Shown: positions 40,231-54,541 of the stretch, piece by piece | How the letters are laid out: each line of letters starts with the position of its first letter | Position numbering within the stretch: position 1 is the stretch's first letter | Origin: Octopus vulgaris | Lineage: Eukaryota | DNA: 64,000 bases | Assembly: GCA_951406725.2 (NCBI GenBank) | Contig: OX597819.1 | Location: 20,522,001-20,586,000 of the forward strand | Direction of reading: 5' to 3' | Notes under the pieces: model-generated | The model's database searches: none | What the model saw: the letters and a program-made list of their open reading frames with translations, nothing else | What the model was told of the DNA's origin: nothing | Program-made: the position numbers and the translations under genes

Positions 40231-41908
40231 CTCGATAGAATACGGCGCCACGAAATCCCTGGCCACTGCGACAAATTTTTTCTCCGTTGTTGAGAACTGG
40301 GATCGAAACTAGAAAAAAATATTGCAACATAAAAACATTTTTCTTTAACCTGGCGAACATGCCACTCCTGCAATGTTTTAATGCCATAGGATATGTGCTG
40401 TTGTATTTTTTCTAATTGAGGTCATGTGTAAATAAGAGAAAATGCATGAAACACTTCCGCTAAATTCCTGTTCTAACGTTCATAGTATCTATCTAAATTG
40501 CTAGATGTTGCAGACATCGTAGCGCTTGCTTTTTCTTTGCTTCTGTAACTCTCTGACGCAACCTGACAATTATCCGCTGCTAAGCATTCACAAGGATTCC
40601 TTGACGTCAAATATTATCTTAAATTTAAATGGCAATATATATTGAAATACTCTTATTGAGAGATGTATTTTAATTGTTCCTTCTGAGAGATTGGTCAAGT
40701 GATATGTGATTAGTTTAACTGAAGACAGAGAACTGCATCGTTAATAAGAACGCAGCTATCATATTTATGACTGTGAGTTCTTTCACTGGATTCCAACAAT
40801 ATACCATTCTAAGAATTCAGTATTGTAGTCGCGCTTTATACATCCGAACAGTTGTTTACAAAACACTGACTGAATTTATTATGTTTTTTTTTTTTTTACT
40901 TTTTCGAATAACACAATTATTTTATACTGAATCAGTTTATGTTCTGGAGATAAAAAATTTATATACACAGGAATGTATATTAAAATAACAGAGCTTCAGA
41001 AATATTTCCTAAAGGTGTGTGTGTGTGAGAGAGAGAGTGTGTGTGCGTGTGTGTGTGTTTGTGTCTGCGCACGTGTGTGGTTGTGCGTGTGTGTGTGCAT
41101 ATATTTACGTATATATAAATACACACAAATATATATATTTATAAATATACATATACACACAAACATATATATTCAGTAATTGTCAGTAATATTCTATATG
41201 TTGCCATCTTAATCGTGTGGTATTATGAAAAAGTATGAAGCACAGGGTGTCCATCAATATGCTGTACAATTTTCAACTTCATAAACGTTTTTGGAAATAA
41301 GCGCAACTCAACTGTGTTTATTGGCAAAGTTTTCATGAAAAAAAAACAAAACCAGAAAGCTACCTCGTGGGCTCTGTTGGTTGTACGCATCCAGATGATA
41401 CAACACAATAGATTGTGGCGGTTGTAAAGATAATTTATGAACACCTGTAATTAATGGACGTGACATCGAGTCTCTGCAAATTCAAGTTACTTGTGGATGA
41501 TTATCATTTTAATCAAAGTTACTATTGTTCTCGGAAACTGTCTATTGCGTTTTTATTTGAATTTATTTTGTTATAATGACAACCTGTAGCGCAGTTCTGT
41601 TTCGTTCAGAATTGAACCTGTTATGGAATAATAAGCGAGCAGTTAATGGATGTTTGCCTCGCAAGCACAATCACAAAAATATACTCGCGCTTTCAAACAC
41701 ACACGCGTACACACACACACACACGCATACACATAGACACACATGTGTCAACTTTTATTGGCAAAAACGTTAAAAGCGACTTGTTAGTTACTGCCGAGCT
41801 TCTTATAAAAGTAAATAACGATGCATTCTACTAAAAGGTATTCGATTTCAACATTTCTTTACAAAAATGCAAAAACCAAACATTAATATTTACTTATGTT
41901 TACACGCA

Positions 41909-42006
<98 letters not shown>

Positions 42007-42122
42007 TAGTAAAAAGTGAAAAAACTACAGAAGGCTTGATTTAAAAGGTTAAAAAATATATATTTGAGTCATTATGTCTGAAGAATGTTATAAATGTTTT
42101 TCATACAATGACATAGTTTTTG

Positions 42123-42162
42123 AAGAAATGACCGGTTTCGCGTTCAGCTTTTCAAATTTCTT
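42123..42162 (-). ncRNA. Minimal hammerhead motif, family B (U3/A8)
   Basis: AAGAAAU-UUGAAAA-GC ugaac GC-GAAA-CCGG-UC-AUUUCUU, with a perfect 7-bp stem I. Confidence 0.78.
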
Positions 42163-42295
42163 ACATCGTTATGTTTACGTTAAGAGTGAAGGAGAGTTCC
42201 AGATAAAGGGAGGTAATAAGTGATTTCTTCCGGTGTAAGGGAGATAATCGCTTAATATTTCTCCTTCACACTTCTCAACGTAAACATAACGATGT

Positions 42296-42335
42296 AAGAA
42301 ATTTGAAAAGCTGAACGCGAAACCGATCATTTCTT
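42296..42335 (+). ncRNA. Minimal hammerhead motif, family B (U3/A8; stem III mutated to CCGA)
   Basis: AAGAAAU-UUGAAAA-GC ugaac GC-GAAA-CCGA-UC-AUUUCUU. Confidence 0.65.
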
Positions 42336-42496
42336 CAAAAACTATGTCATTGTATGAAAAAAAATTATAACATTCTTCAGACATAATGACTCAAATATAT
42401 ATCTTTTAACCTTTTAAAACAAGCCTTCTGTAGTTTTTTCACTTTTTACTATTTTCTATATATTCAACCACGTGCTTTAACACACCAACTTTCTCA

Positions 42497-42545
<49 letters not shown>

Positions 42546-42551
<6 letters not shown>

Positions 42552-43110
42552 GTCTGGGGAGAGTCATTCTCTTTTAGTGCCTTATTATTTAACACACTCC
42601 CCGGTAAAATTTCCACTTATTTTTATTTCCTAAAATTTTCGTTGCGTCTTGCAACCTTTTCAATAGTCTTGACTCTGTCCGTTATTTACACAGCGTTCCC
42701 TTTTGTTTGTTTGTGCGCATGTGCGTGGGTCAGTGTGTGTGTGCCTATACATGCATACATGCACGTATGTATGTGTGTGTGTGTGTGTTTGCATGTGTAT
42801 CTATGTATATAGGTGTGTGTATGCATACGTATGTATGTATGTGTGTGTGAGCATGTGTTTTTGTATATGTATGCACCTCTGCCTCCTTGTGTTTGCATAT
42901 CTGTGTGTGTGTGTGTGTTATGTAACTATGTACCATGTTTCTATGTATGGGTGTGCATCTTTATATGTGTGGATCGGTGTCTCCATATGTGTCTGTTCTT
43001 GTAACCTATGTACCTATCCGTCTGTATGTTGATCTGTTTATTTACATATCTAAATGCTTACATACAGAAATAAAAATAATAATAATACAAAAATATAAAA
43101 AAATAAATAT
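42546..43110 (-). mobile_element. Family C PLE-like ORF-less element, second copy
   Basis: Reverse complement of ~1750-2320, within the same microsatellite cluster as the palindrome. Confidence 0.75.
42630..42666 (-). ncRNA. Minimal hammerhead-like motif, family C
   Basis: CUA-UUGAAAA-G-GUUGC aagac GCAAC-GAAA-AUUU-UAG, with a perfect 5-bp stem II. Confidence 0.55.
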
Positions 43111-43811
43111 ATATATATATATAAAGAGAGAGAGAGAGAGAGAGAGAGAGGGGAAAGGAGATATAGATAGATACAAATTTAAACGTGTATGTATTTAATC
43201 AACAATGCTGGTTAATGTTTTCTCTCGAGGCACGCTTGTATTCAGCTCTTTTCTATGTAGCAAATTACCTTACCGAGAGAATGTGCTGTGTACAGAATAT
43301 TTCGCCGAATTACACTACTGCTTTACAACTGTTGGATCTCGGTATAATTCCCATCTTGAAAAATCATTAGAGAAGAAAAATGCCAAAATTGCATTTTAAT
43401 ATAAACTGCGGTAATGAAATTTCAAGCGCCGGTGTCAAACAAGCGAATGGCATCATACCGGCAGCATGGAAGGAAGCGAAGTACAAACAATCGCGATATT
43501 TTTGCTTTCTTCTCTCCCATCTTGAAAAACTACTTTTTCAAGCAGGAATATGTTATGATGAAACAAATCTGGAGAAGTAATTTAACACTTGTCGAACTCA
43601 GTTTCAACTTTCAGGACTTTCCTTCAGTATTTCCCACCTTGAACCCTCAATATAGAATATAGAGCTAGTCTTCAACCTAAACTAAACCAATACACTCAGG
43701 CGTTTACTAACAGTATCTTCAACGCCTTGCTTTTCAGTGCATGATGCTCGGAGTCTAGCGGCTGACTTCTCCGAATCCTACAATGTTATCTATCATTATT
43801 GCAACCTCGAT

Positions 43812-43980
43812 TAAGGCGGCGAGATGGTAGAATCGTTAACACGCCTAGCGAAATTCTTATCAGTATTTGCTCTGTCGCTACGTTCTGAGTTCAAGTCCCC
43901 CGAAGTCCATATTGCCTTTCATCCTTCCGGCTGATTAAATAAGTACCAGTTACGCACTGGAGTCGACCTAATCGACTCAT
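43812..43980 (+). mobile_element. Nin-domain-like SINE
   Basis: TAAGGCGGCGAGATGGTAGAATCGTTA...GCCTTTCATCCTTCCGG..AAGTACCAG. Confidence 0.75.
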
Positions 43981-43986
43981 CCCACC

Positions 43987-44089
43987 TTCCTTGAAAACCT
44001 GTTGTGGGGCGGGGAGGGATCCAGTAGAATTTTGAATCCACTTGTTAAACGAGATATTAATAATAACAATAGTGAAACGTACGTAGGAA
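43987..44089 (+). ncRNA. Hammerhead motif, family E (long stem II)
   Basis: UUCC-UUGAAAA-CCUGUU...AACAAUAGU-GAAA-CGUACG-UA-GGAA, with stem I UUCC/GGAA and palindromic ACGUACGU. Confidence 0.58.
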
Positions 44090-44344
44090 ATAAATGATAT
44101 AAGCCACGTCTAGAGTTTATCAAAACGTTTTCTTACGTTTGGTCTATACAACGTAAAAGCAATACCGTTGAGTACAGTATTTAACAAGTCAGTTTACTGG
44201 CAATACAGAATAAGACGGCTTAAAGTGTTAAAAGATTACATTAATGGTAAACGAATCAAAATGAATAAAGAGAACATTCGCGAAGATAATATAAGCGTAA
44301 ATTTTGATATATTTTTTTCATGTCTTTTACGGCACATACACGTT

Positions 44345-44411
<67 letters not shown>

Positions 44412-44686
44412 CCTGTGTGTGTATATGTATCTATGGATTCTTTATCTATGTGTGTGTGAGTATGTGTGCATGTGTGTAGTGACTATTTTCGCACAGACAA
44501 TGCACACTGCACTGTCAAAGTAGTGCTCATTTTTGTCATCCGAGTGGACTCTGGTAACGTGAAGTCACAAGGTACCACCCGGTTCCAGGAATCGAACCCT
44601 CAATCGTAGTATTATAAGTGCAGCATTCTAAGCATTAGGACCCGCAATTACCTGAAGACGTATGCATGCATACATACATATATATC

Positions 44687-44718
<32 letters not shown>

Positions 44719-44770
44719 CACACACACAGAACACATATATATATATATATATCTAATGATTTATGTGTAT

Positions 44771-44819
<49 letters not shown>

Positions 44820-45077
44820 CTGCACCTGCGTGTGCTGTCTCTTTTGGTTTTTTTATATGCTTTTGCGTGTAATTTACGTCACTTTTCAATCGTTCAAGCA
44901 TTTAACGAACATGGAGAGAATGGAAACTCTCATACTATGAAGTCCTCCTCCTACGCCTCGTTAAATGCTCCTCGTTTACTATCAAATTCAAACAAACAGT
45001 ATATCTCTCCTTCAAGACTTGTAACACACGATGCTATTTTTTTAGAAACTGACATTGAAAATAAATAAATAAATAAG

Positions 45078-45112
<35 letters not shown>

Positions 45113-46216
45113 ATGAGTGACGAAACAAAAATCCTCCAATCATTTCTGAGTTGTATCTAATTGCTAAGTGACAATGTTCTTAGGATTAAATTACTCGTCT
45201 ATAATTCTAGGGTGGAAATATTGAGGGATTTTAGTTGAATGTCAATATTTTTAATTTGCGCTGAGGCGAAATCCCTTTTGGTTTTCTGCTATGGTAATTG
45301 CATCTTTCTTTATTTTCTATTAAATTTTAGAAAAACTGTCATGCAGTGAAGGACACCGTCAGCAGCCATTAACAAATGAACTCTATCATATGATGAAAAA
45401 AGAAATACTTGCTCAAGCTGAATTGCACTTTATACGATCGAAACATTCACTGCACCTTAGTGTAAAGTTGTGCAACAAGGCATCGGAATTGTAGTGAACA
45501 ACGGAAATTGAATTCTCTTATTTCAAGCTTGCTATCCGAAATTCACGTCATCAAATGGAAATACATTTCTAACAAAGGAATCTAGGATCTCGCAACTGTC
45601 ATTCCAATGTATATAAAATCAGTATCATTCTCCCTATTGGTTTAGATTAAATAAATTATACCTATTCCTCTAGATTCCATGTTGTTGACAATATCCAGCA
45701 TCAGTATAAAGATTTAAACAATTCAGATTTAAGACATGACTTCCTGCGATTCGAAGTTAAAACGAAGATTTTCATTGCATCTGGATGCGTTCTGTCATTT
45801 ACATCTGTTAGCTCAATTATCCAGTTAAATTATTACCCTTATTATCACTAGTTCTGAAGAAAAAACCTTATCTTGATTCATTTCTTCCCAATGCTTTCAC
45901 CCACAACTTGTAGAATCAATATCACCTCTCTCATCAATTTTAAAGTACACTGACGCTGCGTATTGTACTTTGAATTAATATTTCAAGTATCACTAATAGA
46001 ATTACTGACAGACATGTCATCTTTCCGTAGCTATTCTAAAAACCTTTACATTTGTTAATAGGCGGGGTGGGAGAAATAGTTCATAGGCTGTTAGAGCCGT
46101 GAATGCTTGCATGCATTACTTTTACCCGCTTTATTTTTATTAATAGCTGTATTGTTTCCTTTCCGACTGTTCAAGTTAAATTCTTCAAAATTGCCTATTA
46201 GAGACTTGTCTTGAAA

Positions 46217-47216
46217 GTGGACAAAATTGGGCATAGTGGTGTTATTAAGTACCTGCAGAAAATGGGGTTTAGCCCCCAAGGACATTCATGCTGAGCTTCC
46301 TACTACATTAGGCAATGACGCTTCAGCTTTACCAACAGCGCTGAAGTGGGCGCTTAACCTAGGACGGGAAGAGAGGGTCTTAGAGATTATTCAAAGTCTC
46401 ATACCACTATGGAAAATATTGTATTCATCACATGCTGATAAATGACAGACGATTGACTATAAATCAAAGACCCAAATCTATTAGATTGTCCTGTGGAAGA
46501 GTTGAGGATGTTCAGCACAATGAACATTGCATGACGTAACCTTCTACTCAGTTAGTGCCACGACATCTGACACCTAATAAAAAGCACACGACGCTCACCA
46601 CATTACAGGAAAACCCGACATTATTCGAGGCAAATACAGCTGCTTTCTTTGAACGTTTCCAAACACAGGATGAGTGCTGGGTTCATTGCTTTGAGCCAGA
46701 GTTTGAAACAAAGACAATCTGGTCATTGGCAGCAATGTGCTTTACCTGCCATGAAAAGATCAGGATCGTTTCATCTGCAGGAAATATGATGGCCTCAGTT
46801 TTGGGGGAAGCAAAACGTATTGTGTTGAATATCGTCAAAATAACTACACTGTGAATGGAGAGTATTATGCCATCTTGCTGAAACAGTTATGGAGCGCTAT
46901 CAAGAGCAAACGCCTTGGAAAACTGATGCTCCAGTATAAAAGTCCTTACTTTCAACGGCTTTGGACGGGTCTTTCGCTTTGAAGTGGCTGATCATCCACT
47001 CTGTTCTCCTTTTGTGGCCCAATTTGTATATCCTCTCTTCCACGACAAAAAAAAACACACTTAACTAGAAGCCGGCATTGCAGCAATGATTTTATCATAT
47101 TTGCAGTTGATGACTTCTTTGATCAACTGGATGAAGGCTTCACCAGTTTTATTAAAGGACTGCAACACCAATGGAAGAAGTTTGTGAACCGCAACAGGGA
47201 AAATATTGAAATATAA
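46217..47216 (+). pseudogene. Mariner-family transposase pseudogene
   Basis: VPRHLT, QTQDECWVHCFEPE, SAGNMMASV, TVNGEYY..LL and HPLCSP (YSPD-like) motifs with stops and frameshifts. Confidence 0.85.
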
Positions 47217-49093
47217 ACCTCAGCAGGTCCTTGATTACACCAAGATGACAAACTGTGTCCATTTTAAAGACAAGTCTCGACTAGTTACTTTTGATGTCTT
47301 CTTTAAGCAACGAGATATCAGTTTATCTGGAAAGAAGACGATTATGAATATGAGTTGAAATGAATGCATGCAAGATATCACAGCTCAAACATCATTCTAT
47401 CACAGCCATCATATAAACTTTTCATCCCACACCCACTTACATTGTTCATTTGGGGGAAGGCTATGCTTCATTCGGGTCATCTTATGTTAGATTCTTTCAG
47501 TTTCTTTCAGCAGTTTACTTTCAAGGCGCATTCATACCAAACCGCGTTGCCTGAATTGCCCAAATCTTCAATCGACTGCTTTTGCTGCATTATTTCCTTT
47601 CTTTCTTTACTGTTTTTTTTTTAATATTTCATTAAACGATACTAAAGAGAATTTTGCTCAATTACTCGGGTAATATCGATTGATAAAAGCCCTTATTTTA
47701 AACTTACTCTATTACACGAGGAAGATTAAAGCTTATCACTTAATATTTTAGTATTATGAATTCGTTGCGGTGAAATTTAGCGAAAGTTTTGTATCTTTGT
47801 AGCTTTAAGATATATATGTAAAGAAACATAATTTTATGTTCCCTCTGTATATATTATAACAGAGCTGCAGAAATGAATTATAAATAATAAAGTATTTTAT
47901 TAGCGGTGGTGCCCCAGTATGACCGCAGCCTTCGGACTGAAACATTTATCGGTTAATTGCTCAAATTCGGTCAGAAATATCTTTGGTTTTTGCTGCGGTA
48001 TTACTGCCATCTTCTCCCGATCGACATATTAGTACCTCTCGCTCAGTAAATATATCTCTACATTTAGGATACCACTTAAATATCTATTTGAAACGCTCTG
48101 CTTCCTCACATTCTTTTCACATTAATTTGACATATCATTGCATTTTTGCAAAATCACCAGTAACTTCGCCATTAATTTCACAAAGGCAAAACGATGAAAA
48201 CTGGAGTGTCTAAACATTTGTTGTGCATTTGTATAGTGGTCATCTATGTATCAACAAACAAATATACTCCCTAAGTGTATCTAAGGTTTTGGTAATCACT
48301 CAGAGAAAATACATTTCAAAAATATAGAATTGATTTTGAAAAGCAGCAAACATTTCTAATATGGTGCAGTCAAAATAGATATCTAAATACACATATTACA
48401 TTATATTTATTATTGATTTCATTGTAATATTCATATACTATTGTCAGAAATTTCCATATTAATTTTACATACGAATGGCACTCATGCTAAACAACAACAA
48501 TTGCGAAAGTCTATAGAATAAAAACAAAAATGTCTTTTTCGGTGTCTGTGAGAGACGTCACTATGTTTATTTTCTTTCTTTCTTTCTTTCTTTGTTTATG
48601 TATTTATGAAGAATTTGCCATCTAACCATTCTGAAAATAGCTTCTGTTGATATATGCAGGGAATTTGAACGGCAAAATTTGATTTTTTTGTAGTGAATTA
48701 AAATATGGAATTATTTTATTTCATACATTACAAAAAACGCGACCCATACTACAGTATCATGTAAATATGACGACGAAGAACACATATATAATAGGATGTG
48801 TTTGGTAATGAAGAGACAGCAATGAGAATAAATTAAATATTTCAATGTAAAAAAGAAACAAGATGACGGATAATAATAGGAAAGACGAAAAAATATAAAT
48901 AAACAAATTGAATTTTTTGTTGAAGAAAAGAAACTTTTTCTGCATAATCTTGGTGAATATTCATAGGATTTGATTTTCGGAAAGCAAAATGAGAGAAATA
49001 GATACTAGAGATTCATTTTACAGCTGAGTCACATTCATTTATTCATAACATCTCTCATACATACATACATACATACATACATACATACGTACT

Positions 49094-50640
49094 TTTGACA
49101 GGATTCCCCAGTCATGGCTGCTGAAGTGTCTCCCTTTGGCGACTAGGTGCCTACTACTTTAACTGCTGACATTGTGCGGCTCACAAAGACTTGGGACGCA
49201 ATCCTTACACCTAGAACAGAAGGTGGAACGAACGTCTCCCATGCCATAAATATTTCAAAAGGAATATTCCAGGGAGATAGTCTCTCTGTACTTCTGTTGA
49301 ATTTGGTATTAAACCCATTAGGATTCGTGCCACAAGATACAAATGTCTAGATGTTAGTGTCTAAAACTTCAAGATATATTAATATAACCCATACTTTCTT
49401 TGAGGATGGCCCAAGTATTTATGCTAAAATGTTAAGAAGGTCAAAACACAACTGGAATTAATAACATTTTCAGCTGACATAGGATTGGATTTTGGTCAGA
49501 TGAAATGTTCTTATTTAATTGGTAAACGGGGGAAATCGGGTCTCCCAGACACAAAACGTGTTCATCAATGGTCTCACTATCTCTCCTGTCCTACACAAAG
49601 AATGTTACAAGTATAACATTGGTGAAAATATATCATACTAAAATAGTGTGAATAAAAAAAGAGTGACCCAAAAATATTACACCAGGCTAAGAAGAGTATG
49701 AGAGTCCGAGTTCTTCTCTCAGATGATAATATCCCACAATGAATTTGCAGTACCAGTGTTGATTCCAACATTTGGGATACGTGACTGGTCGGCCGAAAAG
49801 ATCCGCTCCATAGACATTAAAATCCGCAAGAGACTAACATCAACTTCAAATCTGCACCAGAATAGTGATACCGAGAGTATCTTTCAAAGAAGAAATACGG
49901 GATTTAGGGACATGAGATTAGTGCAGACAACCTACGAATGTCACAGAGTGTCTTCTGGTGGAATTGATGAAATACAAGGAACTATATTAACAGACGGTCA
50001 CGATATGGAGGTAATTGACGACAAGAGGTGTAAGGACTTAGACATCCTAGAAACAGACGAAATAAAAAAAAAGGAAATGAAAGACCTGCTTTCAAATGAG
50101 TATAACCGGGGACTGTTATTGGTGTTAAAGACAAAGTTCACGGGTAGGAATAAGATACTAGCTGTCAAAACATGGACCGATGTAGCTCTAAGATATAACG
50201 TTGGTGTGGTTGAGTGGAGAATTTGATAGAAAGATCTAGAAAATGATGACACTACAAGGGGCTCTACACCCCATAATTGATGTGGACGGGCTGTGTCTAT
50301 CGCGACATAGAGACAGAAATGTTCTCATGATATTTAAAGATGATATTCATGAAAGGGTTAAGTTAAATAGATTGAATGAATCAAAAATATATTTTTAATT
50401 CTTGCGGGAAATGCCTGAAAGAGTTCACAAAGAAAAGGTCTGGAATGGATGAGGAAAAGCGGCTTGCAAATTCAAACTGAATCTCTTTCAAACACAAGAG
50501 GCAGTGAGAATAAGTTATAACAACTTCAGCCTTGACAAGTCAGTAACCTCACCACTTTGTATATTTTGTGTTGAGAAAGCTGAAGCAATTAACCACAATT
50601 CTAATGGGTGTAAGGTGTAAGGTGTTTGTACTGAAAGCGT
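49094..50640 (+). pseudogene. Decayed R4/Dong-type LINE RT region(s)
   Basis: FDRIPQSWL, KGIFQGDSLS..LNPL, FSADIGLDFGQMKC, NKILAVKTW..LRYNVGVVEW. The post-RT segment appears twice, suggesting two joined fragments. Confidence 0.8.
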
Positions 50641-51266
50641 GAACATGTATCATTTACATAATGTGCTTTTCTATATAGAGCTGATACCATTTTCAAGATG
50701 ATATAACTTAGGGAACTCGTAGTATTACGATTTGCAGAATAATTTCCTATTTCTAGTACACCAAGCAACAATAGAGATACTTGTTTTCAAGACACCAAAG
50801 TCGATGTTTTGGTGCAAATTTCGAATGAGATGAATGTTTTACAGAGCGGGTTACGTATGCAGTACATTCGTGTCCGATGTGAGTGGGATATTCAAACATT
50901 TGGCAGATTTTCCTTCTTGGAACTTTTATAGTTTTAATGGATTTAAATATTGCCATCTCAGTACCATCCATGCATGAATTAGATAACGTAATGTAATGTG
51001 CAGGGTGAAAGGAGCACTGGTATTCAACTAACCGCAAATATCTGTTCAACACTTTTCCAGTGGATTACCAAATATAGCATAAAAGAAATGTAACATCTAA
51101 TCTAAATAGCAACACTTTTGTCGAAGTTGCAGACATCAACGTTGCACGCATTTAGTATTAATGGCGCATGCAAATCACTTTCCGTTGCGATAACAGGAAA
51201 TAACTCTTGCTGACATACAGAGCGTCTCTCGCTAAATCGGTTTCTCTCTCACCCTTCACACACACA

Positions 51267-51315
<49 letters not shown>

Positions 51316-51354
51316 AGAGGTACATACTTATATATAGATGCATGCCTATTCTTT

Positions 51355-51665
51355 TATTCTTTGACTTGCTTCAGTCATTTGACTATGGCCATGCTGAAGT
51401 ACTACCTTAAAGGGTTTTAGTCGCAGAAATCGACTCCGGAGATTATACTTTCTTAGCCTAGTACTTATTCTATCTTTTGCTTTTGCCGAACTGCTATATT
51501 TATGGAGACGTAAACACACCAACATTGGTTGTAAAGCGATGGTGGGGCACAAACGTAGACACAAAAGCACACACAAATATACACAGACATTCCGTCTACT
51601 AAATCCATGAACAAAGCTTTGGTCAGGCCAATATGCTGTGGGGTGGGACAGAACCCGGAAGCATT
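51355..51665 (-). mobile_element. SINE family D, decayed
   Basis: Homologous to 23664-24000. Confidence 0.75.
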
Positions 51666-52189
51666 TGTTTGGCCCTATATATATGTGTGTGGGTGTGTAT
51701 GTATGCATGTATGCATATATATTCGATGAGGCGAATGTGAATACTAATAGCACCACCACCAATAGTAGTATTAATAAATCTATGACCACTAACACCACCA
51801 CCACCACTACTTTAGGATGACAAGAGTTAGGGGTTGTCAGGTACTTGGTGGTAGTGTGAGCGGAGTGGGAAGGTGTATGTTCATGTGAATGTGTGTGTCA
51901 GTGTGTGGTGTGGGTACTGAGTTGAACATTGTGCACTGGTATTCGTATAAGGACGTGCGTCGCGATATTGGAGAGTGTGTACGTGTGTGCGTAATTGTGT
52001 GATGTGAGTACTAAGTTGAACAGTGTGTATGGGTGTTTGCATAATGGTGTCACTTGTGACAGTACTGAATTAAGTGGTGTACAATTATGGCGGTGGAAGG
52101 AAGGGATATTTAAAAGTGGGAGGTGTGTGGGTTTCGTGTTAGATGAAGTGTGGTGGTGATTTAAGTCCATGGGTGGCAAAGTAACGAAG

Positions 52190-52460
52190 AGAAAAGATTA
52201 ATTCTTGTGCACGGTGGAGGCCCCGTGGCCCCTGTGCAAAGACCATCCAAACACAGACTGATGTTGTTGCGAATGCTCGGTGGAGCGGAAGTGGGGTGAG
52301 ACCGTGGTGTCATTGCCTACTCAGATGTCTCAGAGGTGCTCAGCGAACCGGTCGGCAAAGTGGCGTACCGTTTCACCAACGTACAGTGAAGGAGAGGGAG
52401 AGAGGGGAGATGCAGTAGATGACATTGCTGGAAGTTCATGTAAAAGAGTCGGTGGTGTGA
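52190..52460 (-). pseudogene. Decayed PLE family A GIY-YIG fragment
   Basis: TSSNVIYC..LYVGETVRHFADRFAEHL, homologous to 25630-25900. Confidence 0.75.
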
Positions 52461-54306
52461 TGTGTATGCATGCGTGTGTGTGTGTGTGTATGTGTGTCTG
52501 TGTGTATGAATGTAGGTATGTATGTATATCGCTCATAGACGGATACTTACATAGACTTATGAAACTTATATATCTAAGCTATGATATGCAATTATCTATA
52601 TTTTCAAGCAAACATACTTGGAATGACTTAGTTCATTAGAAATAGCTACACAAATATATATAAGCGTGTGTGTGTGTGTGTGTGTTTCTTCATCTTTTAA
52701 TATTTATTTTTCATGTTACTTTCTACATTTATTCATCCAAACACACACACACACACGCACACACAGATGAACATACAGACACACACGTATATATGTATGC
52801 GCACAAGTACATATTTGTGTGTGTGTGTGTGTGAATGTGTGTATGTGTGTGTCTAGCGGTACACAGGAGAATATTTATTCGTTTGTGTTGAATAATTTGT
52901 TATGTATTTTAAGCAATATCTGAATAAGCGAAAAGAAAAGAAAAAAAACAATCAAAATATGTCGGTTTTCACTACTTAATCGACATCAAAGGAAACCGCA
53001 TACAAAATCGAATAAAGGGACTTTGAAATATAAGGAGACTATGGATTATTTTAGTTATGTATTCTGACCATAATTTGCAATGACTAATTGTTAGTGAGTA
53101 ATGCACTCTTTCACTAGAGGATATATAATCTGAATTTATGCCGTAATTATAATTCAATTTTTGAAAAAATAATAAATAAATACGCACACATTAATCAATG
53201 AATAAATATCCGAAAGGAAAATCCGGAATTTGCTGCATCAGTCGATGAAAGATTAATAAACTGGTTTCTGGATAATTACATTTGATAACTATGGCGTATC
53301 AAATAACCCAGAGGAGTGGCGTCTGCCGAATCTTCCAGATGACGTTTGCTAGCCGATACGTCTGTGGTTGGACTTATCTCTGCAAAAGAGATATTAATGG
53401 TTAACATATCCGATTGTTTTTTTCTAACGGTCTGCTCATCTATTTTCAGAAAAAGTCGCAATAATGTGTTCGGCTTTCTTAAATAGTGTGCAGCAAACAT
53501 AAAACAATACACAACACGTCATGATGTTGAAATAAAATACAGATATTTCTCATATAAAAAGACTGTTGTAGATAAAGTCTGATTACACATATGTATATAC
53601 ATACGTACGTACGTATGCTTGTAAGTATGTATGTATATGTGTATATGTATGTTGTGTGTGTGTACGTATATATGTATGCATGGCTGTTACTGTTTGTTTA
53701 TAGTCTGCCATTTTGTAAATTATAAACTTGCGCTGAATGTCAATGAGACAACAAAACCAAAATTCATTTTTTTTACATGATTTGTCTCTGTTCTTTTAAC
53801 TTCGGTGATCACTTTACACTCGGGACGTCAATACTTTTCATCCCTCACTTTTTGATTTGCAGAATCCGAAATTCAAATTGTTCCGGAGAAGAAAGTCCAT
53901 TGATACCCATCGCTATATCAACTTGAAAATTTTTGTTCCAACTTACATATTACAAGTTGTTTATATATTTTACATTTTATGTCTTTCTTTTTTATTATTT
54001 TTTCGTGATTGCTTTTGATTAATTCGGAATAAACAATGATCTAGCGGTCCTGTGATGAAATGAATAACAATTTTCTCATCCTGAACTATGTTATAGATAT
54101 TCAACGTCACAGAATACATTATCCTAAGTGTATACATTGCGAAACTGCAGTCTCGTATTGAGTGATTTTTAGTACTTGACTGATAATTATGGCAGATCGT
54201 GCGACAGCAAAAAACGATCTCTCTATAAATGAGTGAAAAACATATATAATGAATGTGTAGAGTTCTACAAGTATGCAAGCCGCGGCCAGAAGGTATCCAT
54301 ATGTTA

Positions 54307-54541
54307 TAAGGCGGCGAGCTGGCAGAAACGTTAGCACACCGGGCGAAATGCGTAAGCGTACTTCGTCTGCCGTTACGTTCTGAGTTCAAATTCCGCCGAG
54401 GTCGACTTTGCCTTTCATCCTTTCGGGGTTGGTAAATTAAATACCAGTTACGCACTGTGGTCGATGTAATCGACTTAATCCGTTTGTCTGTCCTTGTTTG
54501 TCGCCTCTGTGTTTAGCCCCTTGTGGGTAGTAAAGAAATAG
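54307..54541 (+). mobile_element. Full-length Nin-domain-like tRNA SINE
   Basis: A-box TGGCAGAAACGTTAG, B-box GAGTTCAAATTCC, central GCCTTTCATCCTTTCGGGGTTGGTAAATTAAATACC. Confidence 0.8.

Larger units (their letters stand above)
42001..42498. mobile_element. Palindromic ORF-less PLE family B derivative (two inverted pLTRs)
   Basis: Arms 42001-42195 and 42260-42457 are near-perfect reverse complements. Arms and spacer are homologous to 5605-5890. A ~40-nt tail follows, and microsatellites flank both sides. Confidence 0.9.

Noticed and set aside
50753-51060. Possible decayed Tc1/mariner-type transposase on the minus strand (also TIR-like CAGGGTGTCCA at 41243)
   Set aside because: Only vague motif resemblance and no catalytic motifs, so it needs an HMM search.
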